Origin: a virus
Taxonomy: Duplodnaviria; Heunggongvirae; Uroviricota; Caudoviricetes
Direction: 5' to 3' (one strand)
DNA length: 5,152 nt
IMG/VR virus record: IMGVR_UViG_2713896909_000012
The position numbers and the translations under genes are program-made. How positions within the stretch are numbered: position 1 is the stretch's first letter; each line of letters begins with the position of its first letter. Under the pieces are notes generated by a model. That model was not told the origin of the DNA, made no database searches, and was given only the letters and a program-made list of their open reading frames with translations. Of the stretch, positions 5,123 through 5,152 are shown piece by piece.

Positions 5123-5152
5123 TCCCCATAAATCAGCGCTAATAAACCAACA

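Noticed and set aside
1-5152. CRISPR arrays, IS elements, integrase or attachment sites, rRNA or tRNA genes
   Set aside because: No direct-repeat/spacer periodicity, terminal inverted repeats with a transposase, or structured RNA signatures were seen. Phage-type genes and the island account for the window.

Overview
This window reads as the late region of an HK97-like/lambdoid prophage or phage of an enterobacterial host, with every credible gene on the minus strand. In transcription order (high to low coordinates) it holds: an intrinsic terminator (5094-5122), a small possible winged-helix protein, an orphan DPPY-type DNA methyltransferase, a second terminator, a lysis cassette (holin, lambda R-like endolysin, Rz/Rz1 spanins), a ~1 kb AT-rich island carrying two small genes of unknown function and closed by its own terminator, then the packaging module (HNH endonuclease, putative cos region, terminase small subunit, and the start of terminase large subunit running off the window). 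The most interesting part is the AT-rich island at 1140-2134, which looks like a horizontally acquired accessory cassette (moron) of unknown function. All protein identifications come from motifs and remembered family signatures, not from a database search. Promoter and operator calls are weak.
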